Shown here: positions 45,733 to 54,991 of the stretch, in pieces
Numbering within the stretch: the stretch's first letter is position 1
Layout of the letters: every line of letters begins with the position of its first letter
Source: Bacteroidota bacterium
GTDB lineage: Bacteria > Bacteroidota > Ignavibacteria > UBA10030 > UBA6906
Length of the DNA stretch: 64,000 bases
Assembly (NCBI GenBank): GCA_046160825.1
Contig: JBJXHC010000037.1
Location: 4,799 to 68,798, forward strand
Reading direction: 5' to 3'
Notes under the pieces: model-generated
What the model was told of the DNA's origin: nothing
What the model saw: the letters and a program-made list of their open reading frames with translations, nothing else
The model's database searches: none
Program-made: the position numbers and the translations under genes

Positions 45733-48405
45733 TTGTTTCTCCCCCCAAACTTCTCTATATTTTCCGCAATTCAAACAATACCCAAGAGCGGAATGCCCAT
45801 CCAACGTTCATTAGTTCCTTACCTGCTCGCCTGTTGTTGTGCTGTTGCCCTCCTTTCCTGTAGCAAAGAAATTCCACCCGAGCAAAAGCAAGCCGATAAT
45901 CTTCTCGGCAAAGCGCGCGATGCCTTCGAGCGAAAACAGTATCACGAAGCCCGGCAATTACTCTGGTCGGCAAACACGTTGGATGCGCAACTTGTCCGTG
46001 TCCCCCAGCTTGCGGAAGAATATGAACTGTTGGGACGCATCTATGCGTCGGCCGCGTCGTTTGACAGCGCCATGTTGTTGTATGCGCGTGCCATCGAGCA
46101 ATACAAAGCACTGACAGACAGAAAATCCGCCACAACGCTCACCATCGAAACCGCGCTGCTTCATAGAAAAATGGGAGAAGAGCGCAAGGCTCACACGATG
46201 CTGACCGAGGCGTTGCGTCTTGCGCGATTGTTCAAGGACACGACCGGTATTCGGGATTTGTTGTGGGCTGTTATTCCCACCGCTCGCGCTCTTGATCTGC
46301 CGGAGGAGGAATCGTCTTACATTGGCGAACTTCTCAACGGTGCACTGACGCGCAGCGATCTCGGCGAACAAGCACGGCTTCACCGCGAGTCGGGACTCTC
46401 GATGCTCTACCGTGGCGATGCCGCCCGCGCAGAAGAGAACTTCCTCCGCACACTCACCTTTGCGGAGCAGATGCGCGACTCGCTTCTCGGTATTGAAGCG
46501 CTGTATCGTCTTGCGATAACGTACCAATCAGCCGGGAAAACGAGTCAGGCCCTTGAGACCTACAGCGAAGCCCTACGGCGGGCGGATGTCACACACGGTG
46601 CGAGGCACCTCCGCACCGAAATGCTGATCCGTGTCGGAAATGTTTATCTGGGAACCCACGCCTATGCGGATGCGGCGCGCTTTTATCGGGCGGCACTTTC
46701 CTCTGCGATTGCTGCCGGAGACAAGCTGACCGAAGGCTATTGCTTCGTACAAATCGGTCACAGCGAAGTGCTTGGTGATGGAGGAATAGCCGCGGCAACG
46801 AAAAGCTACCGCGCCGCGCTTGATCTGTTCAACGGTGTTCTTTATCCGCGCGGTGCATCGTATGCATTGCAAAGCCTGGGTTACGCAGCCCGACGCGCAC
46901 GCCAGACTACCGAGGCCTTGGACTATTGCAAGCAGGCCATCGAACAGTATGAATCGGTCTTCTCATCACCTCCTCGTGACGACTTGTACGCAGAGTGCGA
47001 ACAGGCGTTGGCCGACCTCAACAACGAATCGCCATACGATAACGTGATCGAGTTATCGCTGCAGCTTGGCCGCACCGATGAGGGCTTCTGGTACGCCAGC
47101 AGGAAGGCGGGCAATACGATGGCCCGCGCTTTGTGTGCGCTGGACATTCAGGAAAAGGACACGATGGGGTTGGATCGTTATGAGCACACGCGTGCCGTAC
47201 ATGTTGGGTCCGAGAGACAACTTGAATATATCCTCTCCGCCGGTCCGCGTGAACAGGTTCTTCATAAAGACGTCGTTGCGGTGCTTGAAGGCAACATGCG
47301 CCGGATGGATGAAGCATCATCGGACGTTGTGCAACGGAAACAATCACTTGAATCGGCCGTACGGATTGCGGGTTACGGGACAGCCGAAGTTCAGAAACTG
47401 ATACCACCGGGTTCTGCGCTTGTCGTCTATGTGCCGACCCGCCAGACGTTGCACGAGTTTGTCATAACATCATCACGTGTTTCAGCGCAGGTTGCGGCAG
47501 TGGAGAACACAGCGCTCCGGTCAATGGCGAAGGAATTCATTTCATTGTTGCGGCAGCAGGTTTCTTTTGAAGACTCGATGGAGGCCCAGCAACGTGCCAT
47601 CAATCGTCGTAGTGAAGAATTGAATAACAAATTGTACGGACTGCTCGTTCGTCCTGTTGAGCAGGATATCGGGTCGGCATCGAAACTTGTCGTGTTACTG
47701 CCGGATGTTCTGGCGGATGTTCCTGTGCACGCGCTACGCCGCGGCAGATCGCGGTCGCTCGCCACCTACGTTGCAGAACGATTCACCGTCAGTTATCTCC
47801 CTTCGTTGGGTGCGCTTGCATTACAGGGAACGGCTCTTCGGACGGAGCGACAGGTCGTTGGACTGGGCCACCCGGGAAATGCTTCGTGGGATGTGGAGTA
47901 TGAACTCCGCGATATCAGGGCGTTTTACAAGGACGCCCGACTGTATTTCGGAGCCCAGGCAACACTTCCAACATTGCGTGGTGAGAAAGCGGATGTTATC
48001 CACGTGGCACTGCAAACTGTGTTCAGCCGGACGTCTCCCGAGAATTCCTTCGTATACTTTTCCGATGGTCAATCGGGCACAACAACAAAGCGGGCACTCT
48101 GGGGAGAAATGTACTCGATCCCCGCTGTCGGTGCATTGTTGTTTTCCGATTTGGGAGACGATACAGAGATGCACCGCACCTCGCTTGTGCAAACCCTACT
48201 GATGAGCGGGTCCGGGAAAGTCGTGCTGAACTCATTCGTGCCATTGAGGAAATGCAAAAAGTTCTTCGGCGAGATATTCTATACATCGTTGCTTGGTGGT
48301 GCGGATGTGGATGGGGCGATGCGTGCAGTACAACTTGCGATGATCAAATCCCCGGAATACTCCGCCACCCACATGTGGGCGCCGTTCTTCCTCTGGGGAA
48401 AATAA
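45733..48405 (+). CDS. TPR-repeat lipoprotein with C-terminal CHAT (caspase-HetF-like) domain
   Basis: Probable lipobox start 'MPIQRSLVPYLLACCCAVALLSCSKE' at 45793. TPR repeats through ~res 450. C-terminal ~300 aa CHAT-like, ending with the family-typical 'HMWAPFFLWGK'. His motif 'DVIHVALQT'. I could not find the usual LSAC-type catalytic Cys. Confidence 0.7.
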   Translation: MFLPPNFSIFSAIQTIPKSGMPIQRSLVPYLLACCCAVALLSCSKEIPPEQKQADNLLGKARDAFERKQYHEARQLLWSANTLDAQLVRVPQLAEEYELLGRIYASAASFDSAMLLYARAIEQYKALTDRKSATTLTIETALLHRKMGEERKAHTMLTEALRLARLFKDTTGIRDLLWAVIPTARALDLPEEESSYIGELLNGALTRSDLGEQARLHRESGLSMLYRGDAARAEENFLRTLTFAEQMRDSLLGIEALYRLAITYQSAGKTSQALETYSEALRRADVTHGARHLRTEMLIRVGNVYLGTHAYADAARFYRAALSSAIAAGDKLTEGYCFVQIGHSEVLGDGGIAAATKSYRAALDLFNGVLYPRGASYALQSLGYAARRARQTTEALDYCKQAIEQYESVFSSPPRDDLYAECEQALADLNNESPYDNVIELSLQLGRTDEGFWYASRKAGNTMARALCALDIQEKDTMGLDRYEHTRAVHVGSERQLEYILSAGPREQVLHKDVVAVLEGNMRRMDEASSDVVQRKQSLESAVRIAGYGTAEVQKLIPPGSALVVYVPTRQTLHEFVITSSRVSAQVAAVENTALRSMAKEFISLLRQQVSFEDSMEAQQRAINRRSEELNNKLYGLLVRPVEQDIGSASKLVVLLPDVLADVPVHALRRGRSRSLATYVAERFTVSYLPSLGALALQGTALRTERQVVGLGHPGNASWDVEYELRDIRAFYKDARLYFGAQATLPTLRGEKADVIHVALQTVFSRTSPENSFVYFSDGQSGTTTKRALWGEMYSIPAVGALLFSDLGDDTEMHRTSLVQTLLMSGSGKVVLNSFVPLRKCKKFFGEIFYTSLLGGADVDGAMRAVQLAMIKSPEYSATHMWAPFFLWGK

Positions 48406-48408
48406 AAA

Positions 48409-48431
48409 GGTGAGGACGTTACACCCTCACC
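48409..48431. terminator. Bidirectional terminator hairpin between convergent genes
   Basis: 7-bp stem GGTGAGG/CCTCACC with an 8-nt loop, 4 nt after the CHAT stop. On the minus strand it is followed by TTTTTATTTT, downstream of the minus gene ending at 48458. Confidence 0.55.
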
Positions 48432-48457
48432 CGAATTTCAGCCAAACCCCTCCGACA

Positions 48458-49450
48458 TTACCGCCGCTCGATCGTCACGCTGCCCAATCCTGATTCGATC
48501 CTGATATTCATCTTCCCTTCGGACGTTGAGTAGTTATCGGTGATGTACATGTTCTCATCAGACTTTTTGAAATCCTTGTCGTGATACAACCGCGAGACCC
48601 AGCTTTCCTCGTAGACAATCCTCGCGCCGATGTTCTGCGGAACGATAACCTTCACGGAACCGAGTCCAACCTCGACATCAACGTCAACCTCGTTGTTTAA
48701 CGCGCCGCTGAAATCCAGCGTTGTCGTCCCAACACCCCCCTGAAATCTGAACCTCTTGAAGTTTGCGTTGCCGAGGTTCTGTCCGTAAAACTTACTCAAC
48801 CCGGATTCGATGTTGATGTTGTCGATGGAGGTCGTGTTCGGTCGGTCAAATCTGAGGAACACATCGCTCGCGCCCGTCGTCAGGTTGAAGTCCTTGATCT
48901 GGAGTCCGGTCAGATCGAAATCACCCTTGCCGACTCCCAATTCGATGTCGAATGAAATCGGCAGGGCATTGCTAAAATTCAGAAACCAATCGGAGCTTTC
49001 AAAATTGTTCACGACAAAAACACCCTTCTCGCGATCCTCTTGTTTCTCCTCGCCCAACGTCACGTCAAGATAGCCAACGCGGTTTCTGACGGCATACGAG
49101 AGATCAAGATGCGACTCGGCGGAATTCTGCGGACTTGCATCCACCGAAACGATTTTTGCCGATTCACCCCGCTTGATTACCACCTTGCCCCAGCCCGAGG
49201 AAAGCACCACGTTAATCTCTCGCTCCGTCGTTCTGCCGATTTCCTTGTAGCCGGGCTTTTCACCGCAATACACCACCGGGCCCGTCGTCGCGACCGCAAC
49301 CACGGTGAACAGCAAATATCCGACAATATTTCTTCCCTGAGTGTTCATTTCATTTTTTCCGGTTTCCACGTAGTAGTACGGTGTGGAGCGGTGAGAGTTT
49401 CGCTCAATAGTGTCTGATCCGTTTGCGTAGCTGTTTATACAAAAGCTCAC
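48458..49450 (-). CDS. Membrane-anchored beta-strand-rich protein downstream of ECF sigma (DUF4097/putative-adhesin-like; candidate anti-sigma/effector)
   Basis: Probable start at M35 ('MNTQGRNIVGYLLFTVVAVATTG', single TM). Repetitive beta-like segments. Immediately downstream of, and overlapping, the ECF sigma gene. Confidence 0.5.
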   Translation of the reverse strand: MSFCINSYANGSDTIERNSHRSTPYYYVETGKNEMNTQGRNIVGYLLFTVVAVATTGPVVYCGEKPGYKEIGRTTEREINVVLSSGWGKVVIKRGESAKIVSVDASPQNSAESHLDLSYAVRNRVGYLDVTLGEEKQEDREKGVFVVNNFESSDWFLNFSNALPISFDIELGVGKGDFDLTGLQIKDFNLTTGASDVFLRFDRPNTTSIDNINIESGLSKFYGQNLGNANFKRFRFQGGVGTTTLDFSGALNNEVDVDVEVGLGSVKVIVPQNIGARIVYEESWVSRLYHDKDFKKSDENMYITDNYSTSEGKMNIRIESGLGSVTIERR

Positions 49451-50081
49451 GCGCCCGGAAAATATGGGCTTTTACGGTTCCAATAGGGAGATGGAGTTCA
49501 TCGGCAATCTCTTCGTAGCTCTTCTCGTCCACATGGCGGAGTTGAATCACCTTCCTGTATTTTTCCGGCAGCGTGGCGATTGCCTTGTTGAGCAAGACGC
49601 TCCGTTGGTCGCTGATCATCTCCTTGTCCGCTTCATACGAATCGTCGGATATCTCGAACGAGTATTCGCTGTCTTTGGACTCGATGGGTTTGTCGATGGA
49701 GAAGGTCTGCAGCTTGCGCTTGCGGATATAGTCGATGCTGTTATTGGTGGCGATTTTGTACAGCCATGTGGAGAACGCGTATTCCTCGTTGAAACTCTTC
49801 AGCGAAGCAAACGCCTTGATGAAAGCCTCCTGGGTCAGGTCTTCCACCTGCTCACGGTCGTGGATCATCCTATAGACGAAACTGAAAATAGCGTCGTGGT
49901 ACTTGTTCATCAGGAGCTTGTACGCCTTATCGTCACCCTTCAAGGCGGCCTGGATAATCCGAGTGTCTTCAGAACGAGAATCGAGTCTTCGCTGTTCTTG
50001 CGGGTCAACCTGAGGCGAGGTGGAAGGCGTATGTGACCGCGGTTTTGTTGGCATAGGACGGAAAAAAGTTACAGAAATCAC
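49404..50081 (-). CDS. ECF-subfamily RNA polymerase sigma-70 factor
   Basis: Region 2 'YHDAIFSFVYRMIHDREQVEDLTQEAFIKAFASL'. Region 4 'ATLPEKYRKVIQLRHVDEKSYEEIADELHLPIGTVKAHIFRARELL'. Confidence 0.85.
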   Translation of the reverse strand: MISVTFFRPMPTKPRSHTPSTSPQVDPQEQRRLDSRSEDTRIIQAALKGDDKAYKLLMNKYHDAIFSFVYRMIHDREQVEDLTQEAFIKAFASLKSFNEEYAFSTWLYKIATNNSIDYIRKRKLQTFSIDKPIESKDSEYSFEISDDSYEADKEMISDQRSVLLNKAIATLPEKYRKVIQLRHVDEKSYEEIADELHLPIGTVKAHIFRARELLYKQLRKRIRHY

Positions 50082-50132
50082 CCGTCAGGTGCAAACAGCG
50101 CGTGCATTGAAGAGAGAAATGGCAACGCACCG

Positions 50133-50262
50133 GTAGTGCTAAAGTTTGAACCATGCGGTCAAGCGGGGACGCTTGACCTACTCCTCAGATCAATAGGTAG
50201 CAGGACAAACGTCCCCGTTTGTTCGCCACGCGAAACCCGAGCAATGAAACTTTAGCACCACT
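50133..50262. promoter_or_regulatory. Divergent promoter-like region with a 20-nt inverted repeat and two perfect internal hairpins
   Basis: Arms 'GTAGTGCTAAAGTTTGAACC' (50133-50152) and 'AATGAAACTTTAGCACCACT' (50243-50262). Each arm reads outward as (G/C)AAAC-N16-17-CGT, which is ECF-promoter-like. Internal hairpins GGTCAAGCG-GGGA-CGCTTGACC (50157-50178) and CAAACG-TCCC-CGTTTG (50206-50221). Confidence 0.35.
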
Positions 50263-50361
50263 GATGCACCGTGTCGTTGAATCCTCAAGAGGATTTTCGC
50301 TATATTATCACATAAAGAAGACTTGACGAAACATTTGCGATGGCTATCTGGTAAGCAGAGT

Positions 50362-52215
50362 ATGAACAACAGGCTCTTCATTCTTCCCCTCGTTCTGGTT
50401 GCAACTCTTGTTGCGGCACAATCACCGGACCAGACCACGAAGTTCCGTCTTGCGCAGAGCTATGAACAGGCGGGAGATTTTGAAAGCTCAGCCAAGATCT
50501 ATCGGGAACTTCACGCAAAAGACCAATCCAACGCCCTCTATTTTGATGGACTCCGTCGCACACTCCTTCAGCTCAAGCAGTATGACGAAGCGGTGCTGCT
50601 GATTCAACAACGTCTCAGCGGAAATCCCAAAGACATCAACTTGCGCGGTCAGCTCGGCAGTGTTTTGTACAAGGCAGGCAAGGAACTTGAAGCATACAAG
50701 GAGTGGGACAATGCAATCGCAACCGAGCCTGCAAACCCCAATGTGTACCGCGCACTCTCACAGGTAATGGTCGAGAACCGATTGCTGGAACGTGCTGCAG
50801 ACCTGTATCGGCGTGCCCGCGTTGCCTGTAACGACCAGAATCTCTTTACCGCCGACCTTGCACATCTGCTGGCCGTAACAATGGACTATGCCGGGGCAAC
50901 GCGGGAATACCTCCGGTTGATGGCACAGAACCCGGCACAGCTTGGCTTTATTCAAGGCCGTATGGCGGGTTTCACCGGCAAGGAAGAAGGACGCACGGCT
51001 GCGCTCGGTGTTGTGTTGGAAGAAGTGCGATCAAACAGTGACATGAAACTTTATCAGTTGCTTGGCTGGCTCTACCTCGAAGGGAAGAAATTCAGCGAGG
51101 CGTTTGATGTGTACAAGAAAATTGATGACCTCTCCAAAGCACAGGGGGCGGAGGTCTATGCGTTTGCCGAACGTGCCTACCGGGAAGGCGCATACGATAT
51201 TGCGGCCAAGGCATATCTCGAAGCAATCGAAACCCCGCTCACCACGAACCGTATGCCATATGCAAAGTATGGATATGCAAGCGCTCTCAAGGAAATCAGT
51301 GTGCTTCTGGATACGATTCCAACAGGAAGTATCTCAGTACAGTTACCCGTGTCAGAAATGCAGTCGCGCTATGCGGGTGCGGTCGCGTACTTCCGTCGCA
51401 TCATTAAAGAGTACCCCACTACCGAGTTTTCCGCCCGCTCGTATTTCCAGATAGGGACAATTCAGTTCGAACGGTATTTCGATCTGGACGGCGCGCTTGC
51501 TTCCTTTGAGCAGGTGGAACGGGAGATTCCCGGAATGGGAGAGCTTCGCCATGGTGTTGCCTTGAAGATCGGTGAGGTTCTTGTTGCCAAGGGCGATACG
51601 GGCCGGGCAGCGGCGCGATTCCGTAGTGTTGCGGCGGGACCGAATGCCACGCCGGACCAGCAGGATGAATCAACGTATCGTCTTGCGGAAATCATGTACT
51701 TCGGTGGCAACTTCGAGGGAGCAATCGAACTGCTCGCCAACATCGCGCTCAATCTCAAAGCCGACTATGCAAACGATGCTCTCCAGTTGCTCGCGTTCCT
51801 TCAGGAGAATACGATGACAGCGGAGCCGGCACTGCGCGACTTTGCACGCGCCGATTTCCTTGCACGACAAAGGAAGAACACAGAGGCCATTCCGCAGTTT
51901 CTCGCCGTCATCGAGAAGTATCCACGCGCATTACTGGTGGATGATGCCCTGATGAAAGTCGCCGCCCTGCAATCGCAGGCAAATCTGTACGCCGACGCGC
52001 TCGCATCATATGAACGGCTGCTGACACAATTCAAGGAATCGTCCATCGCGTTGGACCGGGCGCAGTTCAATGTTGCCGAGGTGTATCAGTTTGGCTTGCA
52101 CGACACAGCGAAGGCCATCGCCACGTACGAGAAACTTCTTGGCGATCATCCCAACTCACTCCTGGTCGCGGCGGCGCGAAAGCGAATACGCGATCTGCGC
52201 GGTGATTCACTATGA
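50362..52215 (+). CDS. Periplasmic TPR-repeat protein
   Basis: Start at ATG 50362 ('MNNRLFILPLVLVATLVAAQ', signal peptide). About 600 aa of TPR-like repeats. Confidence 0.7.
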   Translation: MNNRLFILPLVLVATLVAAQSPDQTTKFRLAQSYEQAGDFESSAKIYRELHAKDQSNALYFDGLRRTLLQLKQYDEAVLLIQQRLSGNPKDINLRGQLGSVLYKAGKELEAYKEWDNAIATEPANPNVYRALSQVMVENRLLERAADLYRRARVACNDQNLFTADLAHLLAVTMDYAGATREYLRLMAQNPAQLGFIQGRMAGFTGKEEGRTAALGVVLEEVRSNSDMKLYQLLGWLYLEGKKFSEAFDVYKKIDDLSKAQGAEVYAFAERAYREGAYDIAAKAYLEAIETPLTTNRMPYAKYGYASALKEISVLLDTIPTGSISVQLPVSEMQSRYAGAVAYFRRIIKEYPTTEFSARSYFQIGTIQFERYFDLDGALASFEQVEREIPGMGELRHGVALKIGEVLVAKGDTGRAAARFRSVAAGPNATPDQQDESTYRLAEIMYFGGNFEGAIELLANIALNLKADYANDALQLLAFLQENTMTAEPALRDFARADFLARQRKNTEAIPQFLAVIEKYPRALLVDDALMKVAALQSQANLYADALASYERLLTQFKESSIALDRAQFNVAEVYQFGLHDTAKAIATYEKLLGDHPNSLLVAAARKRIRDLRGDSL

Positions 52216-52234
52216 ATAACACACTCATCTCTTC

Positions 52235-53593
52235 ATGATTCGTTCAGGATCCAACATGCATAGACTTTTTGCAATGCTTCTTCTTTCTGTCGCAACGTCG
52301 GGTATTCTTATAGCCCAGAAGATTGACACAAAGGAGTTTACGCTCAAGAACGGCCTCACGGTGGTGATGGTGGAAGACCACACCGTGCCGAGTGTCTGTT
52401 TTGCAATAGCGTTTCACGTCGGCAGTCGCAACGAGCACCCCGGCATCACGGGGATCTCGCATCTGTTCGAGCACATGATGTTCAACGGTTCGAAAAAGTA
52501 CAAGCCCACGGAGTTCGACAAAATTCTCGAAACCGGAGGCGGCTACTCGAACGCATACACAAGCAACGACATCACTTTCTACTACGAGGAGTTCAATCCC
52601 GATCTGCTGGACAAGGTGTTGGATATGGAGGCCGACCGTATGCGGTCGCTCAAGATCGATACAGCGAACCTGGAACAGGAGCGGGGGATCGTGAAGGAAG
52701 AGCGAAGAGTCTCCACCGACAATAATGTGCAAAGCAAGATGTTTGAGGATATGTATGCGGCGGCGTTCATGGCGCATCCCTATGGTCAACCGGTCGTCGG
52801 TTGGATGGGAGATCTAAACAACATCAACTTGCAGGACGCAAAGGACTATTTCAAGACGTACTATGCACCGAACAACGCCACGGTATTTGTGATTGGGGCA
52901 TTCGACGCGAAGGCACTGCGAGGAAAGATGGAGAAGCTTTTCGGTGCGATCCCCCGGCAGCCGTCCCCGCGTCCGGTCGTGAACGCGGAACCGGAGCAAC
53001 AGGGAGAGCGGCGGATCCTGCTGCACAAAGCTGCAGAACTTCCAGCGATAGCCATGGGATACAAAAGCGTGAGCGTGTCGTCCCCCGATTTTCACGCGCT
53101 GAATCTTCTTGCGACGATTCTCTCCCGCGGACAAAGTTCACGTCTGTACAAAAGACTTGTGTATGATTTGCAGATTGCAACGGATGTCGGGGCGAGCAAC
53201 GATGAGTATGTCGATCCCGGATTGTTTGCGTTCTACACACAGATGCAGCCGGGGAAGAGTGTGGAAGACGCCGAGAGTGAGATCAATGAGATCATCGATG
53301 ATATTATCGAGAATGGCGTGACCATGGAAGAATTGCAAAAAGCAAGGAACACTGCCCAGGCGGACTACGTCAATCAGTTCAAAACAAATGTTGGTATTGC
53401 AAACCGGCTCGGCTATTATGAAGTGATCCACGGTGGATACAAGAAATCGTTCGATGTGTTGAAGTATCTCGAAGGCGTTACCGCGGATGATATCCGGCGC
53501 GTTGCGAAGCAGTACCTGCAACGGCGAAAACGCACGGTGATCATCCTCGTCCCCGAAGAGACCGGATCAGGTACAAATTCGTCAACCAACTAG
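52235..53593 (+). CDS. M16-family zinc peptidase, catalytic subunit
   Basis: HxxEH in 'GISHLFEHMMFNGS'. Signal peptide. Confidence 0.85.
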   Translation: MIRSGSNMHRLFAMLLLSVATSGILIAQKIDTKEFTLKNGLTVVMVEDHTVPSVCFAIAFHVGSRNEHPGITGISHLFEHMMFNGSKKYKPTEFDKILETGGGYSNAYTSNDITFYYEEFNPDLLDKVLDMEADRMRSLKIDTANLEQERGIVKEERRVSTDNNVQSKMFEDMYAAAFMAHPYGQPVVGWMGDLNNINLQDAKDYFKTYYAPNNATVFVIGAFDAKALRGKMEKLFGAIPRQPSPRPVVNAEPEQQGERRILLHKAAELPAIAMGYKSVSVSSPDFHALNLLATILSRGQSSRLYKRLVYDLQIATDVGASNDEYVDPGLFAFYTQMQPGKSVEDAESEINEIIDDIIENGVTMEELQKARNTAQADYVNQFKTNVGIANRLGYYEVIHGGYKKSFDVLKYLEGVTADDIRRVAKQYLQRRKRTVIILVPEETGSGTNSSTN

Positions 53594-53614
53594 TCACTCA
53601 CTACTACAGCGACC

Positions 53615-54979
53615 ATGAAACGACTCATTCTCCTCCTTGTCATATTCAGTTCAATAGGGTTGGCCCAAAAGATCCAGGTTCCCCCGGCGACACGCCACAC
53701 GCTCGATAACGGGCTCACTATCATCCTGATGCAATATAAGAAGGTTCCGGTGGTGCATTTCCGACTCGTTGCACGCGGCGGTTCGGCGGAGGATCCGGCG
53801 GGCCTTGAAGGCGTTGCAAGTATCGCGACTTCGTTGATGCGGGAAGGAACCACGACCCGCTCCTCCAATGACATTGCAACAGCCATTGATTTCGTTGGCG
53901 GATCACTTTTTGCTTCTGCGGGAGTTGACTACTGTGCCATTCGTGGAGAGGTCTTGAAGAAGGATCTTGATACAGGCCTCGACCTCTTTGCCGATATTCT
54001 CCTCAACCCTTCCTTCCCGGAAGAGGAGATTGAGCGCGAGCGCAAACAACGCCTCGCAAGTCTCGATGCGCTCAAAGAAGAACCCGGCAGCATTGCCTCG
54101 CGGGTTTTCACGCAAGCTCTCTATGGTTCTCATCCCTACGGGAAACAATTAACGCGCGTATCGCTTGATGGCGTCACCCGCGATCATCTTGTGCAGTTCC
54201 ACCACAGAATTTTCGTTCCGAACAACAGCGTGCTCGTCGTTGTGGGCGATTTTGCCGAACAGGAGATGCTCGCTCTTCTCAAACAGAAACTCAATGGCTG
54301 GCAGCGTGGAGAAACCTCCGCTCAATCATTCCCACTGCCAACGCCGGGTGAAGGTCGCCGGCTTGTCATGGTGGACAAATCGGATGCAACACAGACACAG
54401 ATTCGTATGGGGAACGTCGGCATTGATATAAAGAATCCGGACTTCTTCGCCGTTGCCGTGGCCAACACCATTTTTGGGAGCGGGTTTACCTCGCGACTCG
54501 TTGAGGAATTGCGCGTCAAGCGCAGCCTGACATACAGTGCATCCAGCAATTTCCCGGCAAATCTGTTCGGCGGATCGTTTAGTATTTCCACGTTCACCAA
54601 GAACGAAACCACGGGTGAAACCATCGACGTGATATTGGAAGAGGTGAAGAAGTATAGAGAAAAGGGTGCCACTCCGGACGAACTAACAAAGGCGCATAAT
54701 TATCTTTCCGGTGGGTTTGCGCGGGGACTTCAATCGCCCGAAGCGCTTGCCGCCCGCATGACCGACATTGAGTTCTATGGTTTTCCCAAAGATTATCTGG
54801 AATCGTATATCCAGAAATTGAAAAGTGTCACCCTCGCGGATGTCCGACGCGTGGTGGCGAAATACTTCGCGTATGACGACCTGCTCTTTGTTCTCGTTGC
54901 ACCAGCGGAATCAACCCGCGGAGCTGTCGAGAAATACGGAGCAGTAAACGTGATGTCTCTTGATGATGCGGTGAAATAG
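53615..54979 (+). CDS. M16-family peptidase, non-catalytic subunit
   Basis: M16 fold without HxxEH. Signal peptide 'MKRLILLLVIFSSIGLAQ'. Confidence 0.8.
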   Translation: MKRLILLLVIFSSIGLAQKIQVPPATRHTLDNGLTIILMQYKKVPVVHFRLVARGGSAEDPAGLEGVASIATSLMREGTTTRSSNDIATAIDFVGGSLFASAGVDYCAIRGEVLKKDLDTGLDLFADILLNPSFPEEEIERERKQRLASLDALKEEPGSIASRVFTQALYGSHPYGKQLTRVSLDGVTRDHLVQFHHRIFVPNNSVLVVVGDFAEQEMLALLKQKLNGWQRGETSAQSFPLPTPGEGRRLVMVDKSDATQTQIRMGNVGIDIKNPDFFAVAVANTIFGSGFTSRLVEELRVKRSLTYSASSNFPANLFGGSFSISTFTKNETTGETIDVILEEVKKYREKGATPDELTKAHNYLSGGFARGLQSPEALAARMTDIEFYGFPKDYLESYIQKLKSVTLADVRRVVAKYFAYDDLLFVLVAPAESTRGAVEKYGAVNVMSLDDAVK

Positions 54980-54991
54980 AAAGGGAAGAAC

